NCBI GenBank assembly: GCA_963769025.1 | Contig: CAVYKI010000003.1 | Coordinates: forward strand, 896,001 to 960,000 | DNA length: 64,000 nucleotides | DNA from: an uncultured Verrucomicrobiae bacterium | GTDB taxonomy: Bacteria; Verrucomicrobiota; Verrucomicrobiia; Chthoniobacterales; Chthoniobacteraceae | Direction of reading: 5' to 3' | Shown here: positions 18,956 through 28,825 of the stretch, piece after piece | Layout: each line of letters starts with the position of its first letter | How positions within the stretch are numbered: the first letter of the stretch is position 1 | Program-made: the position numbers and the translations under genes | Notes under the pieces: generated by a model | Databases searched by the model: none | The model's input: the letters and a program-made list of their open reading frames with translations, nothing else | What the model was told of the DNA's origin: nothing

Positions 18956-21579
18956 CACAGCAGCGACATCTGCGGCGGCATTTCGTCGAGCGCCTTTTTC
19001 GCCGCCTTTTTTCCGCGCGGCTTGCCGTGCTTCGGCGGGGCGGGCGCTTCGGCGAGCGTGGGTTTGCCTTCGGCGTTCAGTTCGTGGTGTTCGAGGTTGC
19101 TCAGGATTTCCTTCGCGCGCGCGATCACTTTCGGCGGCAGGCCGGCGAGGCGGGCGACCTGGATGCCGTAGCTCTTGTCCGCGCCGCCCCGGATGATTTT
19201 GCGCAGGAAGATGATCTGATCGTTCCACTCGCGCACCGCGACGTTGTAAGTTCTTCACGCCGCTGCGCGTGATTTCGAGTTCGGTCAGCTCGTGGTAGTG
19301 CGTGGCGAAAAGCGTGCGGCACTTCATCTCGTCGTGCAGATACTCCGCGACGCTCCACGCGATGCTCAGGCCGTCGAAGGTCGAGGTGCCGCGGCCGATT
19401 TCGTCGAGAATCACGAGGCTGCGCGCGGTGGCGTTGTTGCAGATGTTCGCGGTCTCGTTCATCTCGACCATGAAGGTGGACTGCCCGCGCGAGAGGTCGT
19501 CGTTCGCGCCGACGCGCGTGAAGATGCGATCCGCCAGCCCGATCTCCGCGCTCTTCGCGGGAATCCACGAGCCGATCTGCGCCATGAGCACGAGCAGCGC
19601 GACCTGCCGGATGTAGGTGCTCTTTCCCGCCATGTTCGGGCCGGTCAAAATGAGCAGCCGGTTCGCCGTGTCGTCGAGCGCGACGTCGTTCGGCACGAAT
19701 TTCTCCTCGACGAGCGACTGGTCGAGCACGGGATGCCGCCCGTCCTCGATGCGGATGCGCAGGTCGTCGGAAAGCTGCGGGCGGCAGTAGCCGAAAAGCC
19801 GCGCGGTTTCCGCGAGCGCGCACAGCACGTCGAGCGTCGCGACGGCGGCGGCGGTCTGCTGGAGCGGCGCGAGTTCGCGCAGCACCTCGTCGCGGAGTTG
19901 GACGAAAAGCTCGTATTCCAGCGCCTTCGCCGCGCTCGTCCGCACCGAGGATCTTGCTTTCGACCTCCTTCAGCTCGGGCGTGATGAACCGCTCGCCGTT
20001 CGCAATCGTCTGCTTGCGATGCCACGTCGGCGGCACCGCCGCGAGGTTCGATTTCGTGACTTCGATGAAGTAGCCGAAGACCGACGTGTAGCGGATTTTC
20101 AGCGACTTGATTCCCGTCTCATCGATGACCCGCTGCTGGAGCTGCGCGATCCAGTCCTTGCCCGCGCGCGACGCGGAACGCAGTTCGTCGAGCGGCGCGT
20201 GCCAGCCGTCGCGGAACATGCCGCCTTCCTTCGTGTGCGCCGGCGGCTCGTCCACGATGGCCTTCGTGAGCAGCTCGACGATGTGCGGCAGCTCGTGGAG
20301 CTGCGTGAGCAAAATCGCGGCAAGCGAGTGCGGGGATTTCTGATTTCGGATTTCGGATTTCGGATTTGGCGCAAGCGGATCGCCGGCCGGCGTCTCGCCT
20401 TGGACGTTGGATGTTGCGCCAAAGAGCGTCCCCCCTTCCTTGCGCACCAGCGCTTCGAGGTCCGCGCGGAGCTGCGGGATTTGTTCGAGCGAAGTGCGCA
20501 GCACCTGCAGGTCGCGCGCATTCCCGCCCGTCTGCGTGAGACGGCCGACCGTGCGTTCGAGATCGCGGATGCCCTTCAGCGTCTCGCGCAGATTGCCGAG
20601 GATGAACGGCTCGCCAAGCAGGTCGCCGATGAGGCTCTGCCGCTCGCGCAGCACGGCGAGATCGCAGAGCGGATGCAAAATCCAGTCGCGCAATTTCCGC
20701 GCACCCATCGGCGTGTGCGTGCGGTCGAGGCAGCCGAGCAGCGCTCGTGTCGCGCGCACCGCCGCGGCTCTGCGTGAGTTCCAGGTTCGCCTGCGTCGCG
20801 GCGTCCACGATCATGAACTGCGAATTGCGGTACACCGTCAGCCGCGAGACGTGGCTCACGCGAGCGGCGCAGCTCCTTGAGGTATTGCAAAATCGCGCCC
20901 GCGGCACTCTGCGCGGCGTGCATCTCGGCGCAGCCGAAGCCGTCGAGCGACTGCACGCGGAAATGTTCGCGCAGCGCGTAGTACGCCTGCTCGGCGAGGA
21001 AGGTGTAGCCCTCGCGCGGCTGGATGCGCCCCGCGTCGCGGTAAAGCGCGGCGTGTCTCCTCGGCCACGAGCACCTCGGCAGGCTGCACGCGCGCGAGTT
21101 CGTCGGCGAGTTCCTTGTCGTCCGCCAGCTCGGTGAGCGCGGAAATCGCCCGTCGTCAGATCGATGAACGCAAAGCCGTGCCCGCCATTTTTCCCCGGAT
21201 GGATCGCCGCAAGGAAATTGTTCCGCTTCGCATCGAGCATCTGCAGATCCGCGATCGTCCCCGGCGAGACGATGTGCGTGACCTCCCGCTGCACGATCTG
21301 CCCCGGCCGCGGCTCGCTCGTCTGATCGCAGATGGCCACGCGCTTCCCCGCCTTGATGAGCCGCCGCACATAGTTCTCCTGCGCGTGATGCGGGATGCCG
21401 CACATCGGCGTGCCGTTCCGCTGCGTGAGCGCGACATTCAGGATGCCCGCGGCCACCTTCGCGTCGTCGAAGAACATCTCGTAAAAATCGCCGAGCCGGA
21501 ACAGCAGCAGCGTATCCGGCGGCAGGGTGCGCCGGATGCCGTGGTATTGCTGCATCATCGGTGTGAGCGTTTCGGCCAT
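18955..21579 (-). CDS. mutS: DNA mismatch repair protein MutS (about 6 apparent frameshifts, probably sequence errors)
   Basis: [68 protein letters not shown] spread over several frames; shifts near 21140, 21050, 20860, 20760, 19940, 19250. Confidence 0.95.
20334..20368. repeat. Heptamer tandem repeat (GGATTTC x5) inside mutS coding sequence
   Basis: GGATTTC TGATTTC GGATTTC GGATTTC GGATTTG; encodes [12 protein letters not shown]. Confidence 0.9.
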
Positions 21580-21703
21580 GTCGCGCGAGCCTAGCCCCCG
21601 GATGCGCGCCCGCAAGCCACGGCCTCACGGAAGCGAAAAGTAAACCGCCCGCGTGCCAGCGGAGTGCGGTTCGAAAATCTCCGCTCGCAACCCTCCCCCG
21701 CCC

Positions 21704-23275
21704 TCACTTGCCCGCCGCCGAGTCATCCCGCGATCCCGGCCCGTCGTCCGTTCCGTAAGCGAACGGCTTCGTGCTTACGGTTTCGAGGTGCGCCGCGAGC
21801 ATTTCACGAAAGCGCGGCCCGGTGTCCGGCCCATCGGTCGGCTTGCGCAGTCCGCCGATGAACCTTTTGCACGCATCCCGGAGACCCGCGTTCCAGCTCT
21901 CCGTGGATGCGCCCGCACGGTCCAGCGCGTCCTTCAATTTCGCCGCGTCGATGTCTGCGGGATCGCGCCGCGCGTGCGTGCGCTTTGCGAGATAGCAAAA
22001 GAGCCCGGTCGCGCGGTCCAGCAGGATGTAGGGAAAATTCTCACCTCGGAGCGGGCCGACGGTGACTTCCGTCCCGGTGCGGGACATCCATGCGGCAGCA
22101 CTGCCCGCGACGCTGCCGAACCATCCGCGCTTTTCGGCGTCACCAGCCGAGAGGCTCACCTTCGGCTGCGCGACCTTCTTGCCGAGCATCACGGCTGCGA
22201 TGCCGCCGGTGAGCGCGCCCGCCACACCGCCGATGGAGGCTCCCACCGTCGTCGGGATGCCGGAGGGCAACGCAAGTTCGCCATGCGCACCGATGATCGC
22301 GCCGCCCTTTGCGCCGAGCGCGCCTCCGCCGAAGGCGCCGCCGCCGGCGAGCGCCCACCACGGCAGGCCGAACACGCTCCACGTCTCGTCGTTGAAAAGA
22401 CCGTCGCCAAATGGAGCCGCGGCACCGGCGTGCATGTCCACTCGCTTGTGGCGGAAAAGCTCGATGAGCCTGTCGTGTGCGTCCTTCTCCTTCCGGACGA
22501 GATCGTCCCGGAAGCGCCCCTTCAATTCCTCGATTGCGGCCGCCTTGTCGCCGAATTGCTCCGGCAGCAAAAATTTTCCCACGGTGTGCGTGAGCGATTC
22601 ATCGAGCAGCTCGGTCATCACCTGCGCCGCCTCGCGCAGGCGGTTTTTCCAATCCGCCTCGATGGCGACCGCGGCTTCGCGCAGCGGACCCTTCCAGCGA
22701 TCCGCCACGGCTGCCATCGCTCGCAGGAGTTCCGCGCGGTCGTGCGCGGAGGCGGTGTGCGCGTTGAACTGATGCACCGCGCCGAAGTGCTGGCCGAGTT
22801 TTGCGCGCCACGTTGCTTCGTGCGCGGCGGGCGCGGTCGGATTCAGCACGGCGAGGCGCGGATGCCCGGTGAGGCGCAGCAGTTCCATCTCCGCCTCATG
22901 CACGCGTTCGAACGGGCGAGACGTGTCCACGACATAGAGAATGGCCGCGCCATCGAGCAGCGGACGCAACATCTCGCGCTCGGCGGAGAACGAGCCGTCC
23001 TTCGCGTGCCGGGCCGAGAAGTCCCTGAACACCGCGAGCGGCTCCGACGAACCGCGGATGTCCTTTTCGATCTCCGCGAGCATCTCGCGCGGATCCTGAA
23101 ATCCCGGCGTGTCCCAAAGCTCGAACGATCCGAGCCGCGACTGGAAAGCCTGGCATTCGCGAGTCATCCCCGGATCGCGTCCGACCCAGATCTGGTCGTC
23201 CTCCACGAGCGTGGCCGCGACGCTCGACTTGCCGTGATTCACGGCCCCGACGATGGCAAAGGTGGGCGTGTTCAT
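21704..23275 (-). CDS. P-loop GTPase with DUF3482-like C-terminal membrane region
   Basis: G1 GAVNHGKS, G2 GMTR, G3 DTPG, EMELLR..G.P..AVLN; Gly-rich hydrophobic hairpin. Confidence 0.8.
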   Translation of the reverse strand: MNTPTFAIVGAVNHGKSSVAATLVEDDQIWVGRDPGMTRECQAFQSRLGSFELWDTPGFQDPREMLAEIEKDIRGSSEPLAVFRDFSARHAKDGSFSAEREMLRPLLDGAAILYVVDTSRPFERVHEAEMELLRLTGHPRLAVLNPTAPAAHEATWRAKLGQHFGAVHQFNAHTASAHDRAELLRAMAAVADRWKGPLREAAVAIEADWKNRLREAAQVMTELLDESLTHTVGKFLLPEQFGDKAAAIEELKGRFRDDLVRKEKDAHDRLIELFRHKRVDMHAGAAAPFGDGLFNDETWSVFGLPWWALAGGGAFGGGALGAKGGAIIGAHGELALPSGIPTTVGASIGGVAGALTGGIAAVMLGKKVAQPKVSLSAGDAEKRGWFGSVAGSAAAWMSRTGTEVTVGPLRGENFPYILLDRATGLFCYLAKRTHARRDPADIDAAKLKDALDRAGASTESWNAGLRDACKRFIGGLRKPTDGPDTGPRFREMLAAHLETVSTKPFAYGTDDGPGSRDDSAAGK

Positions 23276-24720
23276 GCGGACGGCAACGTTTCCAAATCCA
23301 TGTCGAGGCCCCGCGCATCCGCCCACCGCTGCCACAGCGCCTGGCGCGAGCGGTCCCCGAAAAGCAGCACGACGCACGCGCGTCCCTCGCAGGCCGCAGC
23401 GATCTGCGCGAGCGTCTTGCGGATTCCCTCGATCGGATCGGTGCCCGAGGGAATCACGACCGCGACCGAATCGGTGGAGTTCCGTACCGCGTCGAGCGCC
23501 GCAGTGTTTGCGTCGGCGAAATCAATTTCCACGCGCTCGGTCCGCGAGACCGTCCCGCCGAGTGTCTGCGCGATTCCCGCGCGCAAAGCCGCGTCGGCGA
23601 TGTCCGCGCCCTCGGCGAGCAGCACGAGCCAGCCGCCTTGCGCGTACTGGCGCGGCGCGTGCGTGCGTGCTTCCGGCAGCGCACCGGATGGCGGCTGCGC
23701 GGCCGGCGCGAAAAGCGGGCCGACAAGTTTCCTGCCCAGCCAGCGCGCATCGCCGTATTCGAAGTCGAGCCGCGCGAGCGCGAGGCGTCCGTTCCATCCC
23801 AGCAGCGCGATGAAAAGCGCGCGCAACGCGACGCTGTACACCGCGAGGCAGCCGATGAGAAACGGCCACCACGCGCGCGTCGCCGCGGGATCGAGCGCCG
23901 CCATTCCGCCGACGTGCGTGAACTGCGAGCCACGGATCGCCTCGAGCGTCGGGACGCCGGACGGAAACGCCCACACCCACGGAGCCGCGAGAAATCGCAC
24001 GACGGCGTGCCACGTCTCCGGCGACCAGCCGACGGTGCTTTGCCAGCCGAATGCGAGGTCGGTGAACACCACGCGCATCCACAGAGCGAGCAGCGCACCG
24101 ATTCCGAACGCGCAGGCGAACCGCTGCGTGAGCCCGAGCAGCGGCCATTTTGCGATCGGGAGAAAACGCTTGCCGTGCCTCTCGATCATGCCGCTCCACG
24201 CCTCCCACGCGTGGCGTTTCCGGCCCGAGAGTCGCGAGATGAGATGAAAAATGCGGCCGCCGAGGATACCGAGCCCGCCGTGATCTTCCATCGCGATGGC
24301 GAGGAGGACGGCGAGGCCCGAGAGGAAAAGCGGCAACGCAACCAGCAGCGACAGGAACCAGAAAACATTCACGGGCTCCTTGCCAAAATAATGCAGGTAG
24401 CCGCCCGCGCTGATGACGCCGAGCACACCGCCCGCGACCCACATCAGCGCGCGGGCGAATCGGAACGCCCGATCGATCTCCGCGCCCGCGGGTGCGGACG
24501 ATTGTTTCCTGCGCAGGTCCAGCCATTCGCGGAACAGGACTCGCGGCGCGGCGGTTTCCAGCGGAGCGCCCAACTGTGCGCGTAGCGTCTTGCCTTCGTA
24601 TTCGAGCACCGCATCCGCATCGGCGCGCTTTCTCGCGGATTCCAGTTCGCACTCGAAATCGAGCACGTCGCCGAGCGACCAGCGATCGCTGCGACTTGTG
24701 GTGCGATGCGGTGCGCTCAT
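23272..24720 (-). CDS. DUF2868-like multi-pass membrane protein
   Basis: PVNVFWF, DLAFGWQST, PWVW...PT..AI..S, WWPFLIGCLAVY motifs; coupled to the GTPase gene. Confidence 0.75.
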   Translation of the reverse strand: MSAPHRTTSRSDRWSLGDVLDFECELESARKRADADAVLEYEGKTLRAQLGAPLETAAPRVLFREWLDLRRKQSSAPAGAEIDRAFRFARALMWVAGGVLGVISAGGYLHYFGKEPVNVFWFLSLLVALPLFLSGLAVLLAIAMEDHGGLGILGGRIFHLISRLSGRKRHAWEAWSGMIERHGKRFLPIAKWPLLGLTQRFACAFGIGALLALWMRVVFTDLAFGWQSTVGWSPETWHAVVRFLAAPWVWAFPSGVPTLEAIRGSQFTHVGGMAALDPAATRAWWPFLIGCLAVYSVALRALFIALLGWNGRLALARLDFEYGDARWLGRKLVGPLFAPAAQPPSGALPEARTHAPRQYAQGGWLVLLAEGADIADAALRAGIAQTLGGTVSRTERVEIDFADANTAALDAVRNSTDSVAVVIPSGTDPIEGIRKTLAQIAAACEGRACVVLLFGDRSRQALWQRWADARGLDMDLETLPSA

Positions 24721-25565
24721 TTTCCGCCCCCCGCTCGCAGGCGTCTGGCGCGGCTCCACCACCACAGCGCGCGGGCGAGCACGAGCGCGGCGACGGAAGA
24801 CAGGATGATGCCCACCGGCGTGCGGAATTGCTCCGCGATCCGCTCGATGAAACCCGGCGCGGCCCCGTCGCCAAGCAGGCGATCAATGGCGACGATCGCG
24901 GTCGCGGTCGCGGTGGCGGTGAGCAGGATCTTCGGATGCTTTTCGAGGTATCCGAGCACCTTGGCCGGGGCTTTGCCGATGCGCGTGAGGAGGCTCGTGC
25001 GCTCGGCGGCGGGCAGGCGCGCGAGGTCGTCGCCGAAGCGCGCGAGGCGGATCGTGTCGGGCGTGGAGAGTTTTTTCGCGAGGGCGCAGCCGTCGCGGCC
25101 GAGCTTCGACGCGATGTCCACGCCGACGCCGGGATGCTTTCCGGCCACGATGAGCGCGTCTTCGCCGATCTCGGTGGCGAGGCGCGCGACGAGCTCCGGT
25201 TCGCGGGCCGCGGCGCGCATGGCACCTTCGGCAAACTCGGCGGGCACCTTTTTCATGGTCTGCGCCATCACCGCGGGCGCCTCGCGAAATGCCCTGAGCG
25301 ACTGCGCGCCGTACTGCTCGGCGTAGCCCGCGACCTCCAGTGCGAGCTTCTCGCCGCCCTCGGCCGCGGCCTTTTCCACGATCTCGCGCACGCCCGCCTC
25401 GCCGCCGATCTCGGCGAGGTCTCGCCCACCGCGCTCGCCGAGTTTTTCGGCGAGGTCCCTCGCAATCTTCCGCGCAATCGGGCCCGCTTGCGCGAGCGCG
25501 GCGGGGAGGGAGGAAAACAGGATCGCGGCGGCGGAGAGCGCGTGCAGGAGGCGGGGGAGCTTCAT
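24717..25565 (-). CDS. Hypothetical exported helical protein with two C-terminal hydrophobic segments
   Basis: Signal peptide (ALA-Q), ATGA overlaps on both sides. Confidence 0.75.
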   Translation of the reverse strand: MKLPRLLHALSAAAILFSSLPAALAQAGPIARKIARDLAEKLGERGGRDLAEIGGEAGVREIVEKAAAEGGEKLALEVAGYAEQYGAQSLRAFREAPAVMAQTMKKVPAEFAEGAMRAAAREPELVARLATEIGEDALIVAGKHPGVGVDIASKLGRDGCALAKKLSTPDTIRLARFGDDLARLPAAERTSLLTRIGKAPAKVLGYLEKHPKILLTATATATAIVAIDRLLGDGAAPGFIERIAEQFRTPVGIILSSVAALVLARALWWWSRARRLRAGGGK

Positions 25566-26599
25566 CGGAAGTCGGCCTTCTGAAGCTCGTCAAAGAGCGC
25601 CTTGCGATATTTCCCGGAACACTCGTGGGCGGCCTGCGTGAGCAGCGCCTTCAGCCCCGACTGGCCGCCGGTGCCGTTCACGAGATCGCGTTCGAGATCA
25701 TCGAGGAAAGCCATGCATTGCGCGGACAGTTTCTCCCTGAATTTTTCGCTCATCCACCAATCAACGATCGCCCCGACCGCAATCCCGACGCCGAATCCGA
25801 TGATGGTGCCCAGCGGCCCTGCTGCCGATCCGCCGCCTCCGCCGGCGGTCGCGCCCGCCGCTGTCGCGGAGCCGGCGGCGGCGGTACCCGCCACCGATGC
25901 CGCCGTGAGCCGCGCGACGATGGCGGTCCCGAGCGCGCGCGCCGCTTCCTCCGCGACTACGCTGCCGACGAAGCCCGCCGTCCCGATCGCGACGCTGTCC
26001 TTTCCCGCCTGCGCCGAGAGGCCGCGGCCCGCCGCGAATGCGCTCTTCAAATACTGATCCATCGCCACCGCGGGAACCTTCAGCGGGCTGTCCGGGTGAC
26101 CGATGGTCAGCTGGATCTCGCCTTCGAGCCGGTTGTGGCTCGCCTCCGTCGCTTCGACGAAGACCTTGATCGAGTCGTCCAGGCTCCGCTGGAGGCTTTG
26201 CTCGCTGATCACCGCCACGCGGAATTTTTCATCCGTGTAGGCCCGCACCGCGACCGCCTTCGCCTTGTCGCCCCAGAATCCCGTCCACGCGTCCTTGATC
26301 GCGCGCCCGACGATCCCAAACCGCGTGCCCCACTCGGTGATGTCCTCGGTGAACCTCGGGACGCCCCGCCGGAATCCGTTGAAGTGCTCGTGCAGCCGTG
26401 TGAGCGCGAGGTCCACGGCCTGCTGCTCGCGCGTCTCGGCGGAATCGATCAGCGGCGAAATCTGCAGCCGGTAATATTCCGCAAAGCGCGCGGGATCCGG
26501 ACCCGCGCGGTGCCGCGTGGCGATGCTCCATGCGATCCAGACGAGCCCCAGGCCGAGCAGCAGCGCTGCGGCTTTCCAAGGTAAACCACGGGGTGTCAT
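25562..26599 (-). CDS. Hypothetical membrane-anchored helical protein with glycine zipper
   Basis: N-terminal TM; GGGGSAAGPLGTIIGFGVGIAVGAIVDWW. Confidence 0.75.
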   Translation of the reverse strand: MTPRGLPWKAAALLLGLGLVWIAWSIATRHRAGPDPARFAEYYRLQISPLIDSAETREQQAVDLALTRLHEHFNGFRRGVPRFTEDITEWGTRFGIVGRAIKDAWTGFWGDKAKAVAVRAYTDEKFRVAVISEQSLQRSLDDSIKVFVEATEASHNRLEGEIQLTIGHPDSPLKVPAVAMDQYLKSAFAAGRGLSAQAGKDSVAIGTAGFVGSVVAEEAARALGTAIVARLTAASVAGTAAAGSATAAGATAGGGGGSAAGPLGTIIGFGVGIAVGAIVDWWMSEKFREKLSAQCMAFLDDLERDLVNGTGGQSGLKALLTQAAHECSGKYRKALFDELQKADFR

Positions 26600-26671
26600 T
26601 GCGAATCCATAGCCACCGGCGGTGCCTGCCCGCAAGCCGCGGGCTTTGGGTGGGGGAGACTCACCGGCATT

Positions 26672-27493
26672 TCAGTTCAGCCGCACGAAGTCGCGGAGGA
26701 ACTGGAACCAGATGAACATCAGCCCGCGCCAAGTGTAGCGGATGGCCCCGTCCTTGCCGCGCGCGAGGATGCCGGCGGTGACGTTGTGCGCGATCTGCGC
26801 GGTCTGTTCGGCGTGGAGCTGGGCCGCGAGTTTGGCGGGATCGGTGGCGGAGAGTTCCTCGGTCAGGACGTTGTGCTGCGCGAGAAAGGCGCGATGGCTG
26901 TCGAGGAGTTGAGTGAATGTCTTGTCGCCGTCGGTGCGGTTCGTGCGCCATTCGGGTGCGAGCTTGAGATTGAGCGCGAACGGATAATTCCACGTCGTCC
27001 AGATCGTCCCGTCCGCCGCACGCGAGATGAGCCGGAGGTAGTAAAATGCGAAATTATCCTGCTCCACGAGACAGATGACCGCCTGCATGCGCTCGTCCGA
27101 CTTGTGAAAGACGCGGAAGAACTGCCGCGCCTCGTCCCAGTCGCGGCCGAGATCGCCGCCGTGCTCGAATCCCTCGTCCTCGATTTCCCCGGTGAGGTCG
27201 TCGAGCGCGGGGAACATTTCGCGGTGCGGCGGCGTCTTGTGGCGGAGCTCGGCGTCCACCGGCATCGCGATTTTGCGCACGCGCGTGATGAGCTCATACC
27301 ACGGCCACACGAGCCAGAAGCTCACGAACACCAGGCCCATCGGCCACCAGCCGGTGAGCAGCCAGCCGGCGAGAAACGAAGTGCTGAGGTAGCCGAGCAC
27401 GCCGAGCTTGTGCAACAGGACGCTGCCGGTCGTCCGCAGCGCCACGCTGAGCGCGAGGACGCCGAGGATCAAAAAGAGATCGGCCATGCTCAT
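26672..27493 (-). CDS. Hypothetical membrane protein
   Basis: About 3 N-terminal TM segments plus soluble domain; coupled to glutaredoxin gene. Confidence 0.7.
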   Translation of the reverse strand: MSMADLFLILGVLALSVALRTTGSVLLHKLGVLGYLSTSFLAGWLLTGWWPMGLVFVSFWLVWPWYELITRVRKIAMPVDAELRHKTPPHREMFPALDDLTGEIEDEGFEHGGDLGRDWDEARQFFRVFHKSDERMQAVICLVEQDNFAFYYLRLISRAADGTIWTTWNYPFALNLKLAPEWRTNRTDGDKTFTQLLDSHRAFLAQHNVLTEELSATDPAKLAAQLHAEQTAQIAHNVTAGILARGKDGAIRYTWRGLMFIWFQFLRDFVRLN

Positions 27494-27732
27494 GGCTTGA
27501 TTCCGTGTCGGTCGATGAACGCCTCGAGCTCCTCGGGTCCGAAATCCGGCAGCACGGCGCCCTGCCGCGTCACGAGCGTCGGCGTCTTTGTCTGTTTGGA
27601 AATGCGGATCATCTCGTCGTAGTCGTCGCGATCCGCCTCCACGTCGATGAGTTCATAGCCGTAGCCGTGCGAATCCAGCCATTCACGCGCCGCAACGCAC
27701 CACGGGCACCAGACTTTGACGAAGAGTTTCAT
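27490..27732 (-). CDS. Glutaredoxin / NrdH-like redoxin
   Basis: CPWC active site, TP cis-Pro motif, 80 aa. Confidence 0.9.
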   Translation of the reverse strand: MKLFVKVWCPWCVAAREWLDSHGYGYELIDVEADRDDYDEMIRISKQTKTPTLVTRQGAVLPDFGPEELEAFIDRHGIKP

Positions 27733-28088
27733 TTTTTCTTGGCGGCCTCGGCGTTTGCCTTCCAGCGGGCAGAAAAGCCGTTGATGTAGGTTTGCAGCGT
27801 CGCCCGGTAGCGGTCGATCGCCGCGGGCGTCTCCTTGTCATTCACGATCGCGGCGTGATTCCCAGCCACCACGAAGGTCGCCCCGGCGAGACGCAGGATC
27901 AATTTGGTGTGCGCATCCTTGTAGGCGACGACCGGGAAGCAATCGCCCTTGTCCATCGCCCAGACCGAGCCGTCGGTGAGTTCCACGTTCAGGTCTTCGA
28001 GGAGGCGCGCGTAGAGGACCACGCGCTCCGCTGCCCCCGCTTGTACGGTGCAGAATGCCAGGAGGAGGATTGCCAGGAGCGCTTTCAC
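27729..28088 (-). CDS. Hypothetical secreted protein
   Basis: Probable GTG start, signal peptide KALLAILLLAF...AGA; stop overlaps glutaredoxin start. Confidence 0.65.
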   Translation of the reverse strand: MKALLAILLLAFCTVQAGAAERVVLYARLLEDLNVELTDGSVWAMDKGDCFPVVAYKDAHTKLILRLAGATFVVAGNHAAIVNDKETPAAIDRYRATLQTYINGFSARWKANAEAAKKK

Positions 28089-28174
28089 GTCCGCGAATCT
28101 GCCCTGCGGCCACGGGAAAATCAATCCGTCAGCGCTGGCTGGCAAAGGGCGCCGGTTCCTGCGACAAGCCGCCC

Positions 28175-28825
28175 ATGCCCGCGCCAAGCCTGCCTGCCAA
28201 CGTGACCGTAGTTGATCATCCGCTCGTGCGGGTGAAGCTCGCGCGCCTCCGCGACGAGCGCACACCTTCGTCGGAATTCCGCACAAATGCGCGCGAGCTG
28301 GCCGCGCTGCTCGCCTTCGCCGCGACGCACGACCTTCCCACGGTGACGGAGAAGATCCGCACGCCGCTCACCGAATGCGATGGCGAGAGGCTCGCGAGGC
28401 CTCTCGTAATCGTGCCCATCCTCCGCGCGGGGCTGGGAATGGCGGAAGGCATCCTGCCTTTTTTCGGCGATGCCGGGGTCGCGCACATCGGCATGCGGCG
28501 CGATGAGACGACACACCTACCCGCGTGCTACTATTTCAATGCCCCGGCGAACCTCTCGGAGGCCGAGGTGATCCTCGTGGATCCAATGCTCGCCACGGGC
28601 CACAGCGCCGGCGAATCGATCACGAAACTCAAGGCCGCCGGGGCGCGGCACATCCGCTTCGTCTGCTTTCTCAGCGCGCCGGAAGGCATCGCGTACCTCA
28701 CGTCAGCGCATCCCGACGTGCCGATTTTCACCGGCGCGCTGGATGCGCGACTGGACGAGCGCGCGTACATCGTCCCCGGCCTCGGCGACGCGGGCGACCG
28801 CTACTTCGGCACCGTGCCCGGCTGA
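28175..28825 (+). CDS. upp: Uracil phosphoribosyltransferase
   Basis: VPILRAGLGM, LVDPMLATGHS, YIVPGLGDAGDRYFGT. Confidence 0.97.
   Translation: MPAPSLPANVTVVDHPLVRVKLARLRDERTPSSEFRTNARELAALLAFAATHDLPTVTEKIRTPLTECDGERLARPLVIVPILRAGLGMAEGILPFFGDAGVAHIGMRRDETTHLPACYYFNAPANLSEAEVILVDPMLATGHSAGESITKLKAAGARHIRFVCFLSAPEGIAYLTSAHPDVPIFTGALDARLDERAYIVPGLGDAGDRYFGTVPG

Noticed and set aside
17915..19945. MutS-ApbE fusion protein (676-aa ORF in track)
   Set aside because: Artefact of the frameshift near 19250; the true MutS C-terminus is in ORF 18955..19236 and ApbE has its own start and signal-like N-terminus.
28801..28825. 25-bp convergent overlap of upp and the amidase-like gene
   Set aside because: Short tail-to-tail overlaps are common in compact GC-rich genomes.
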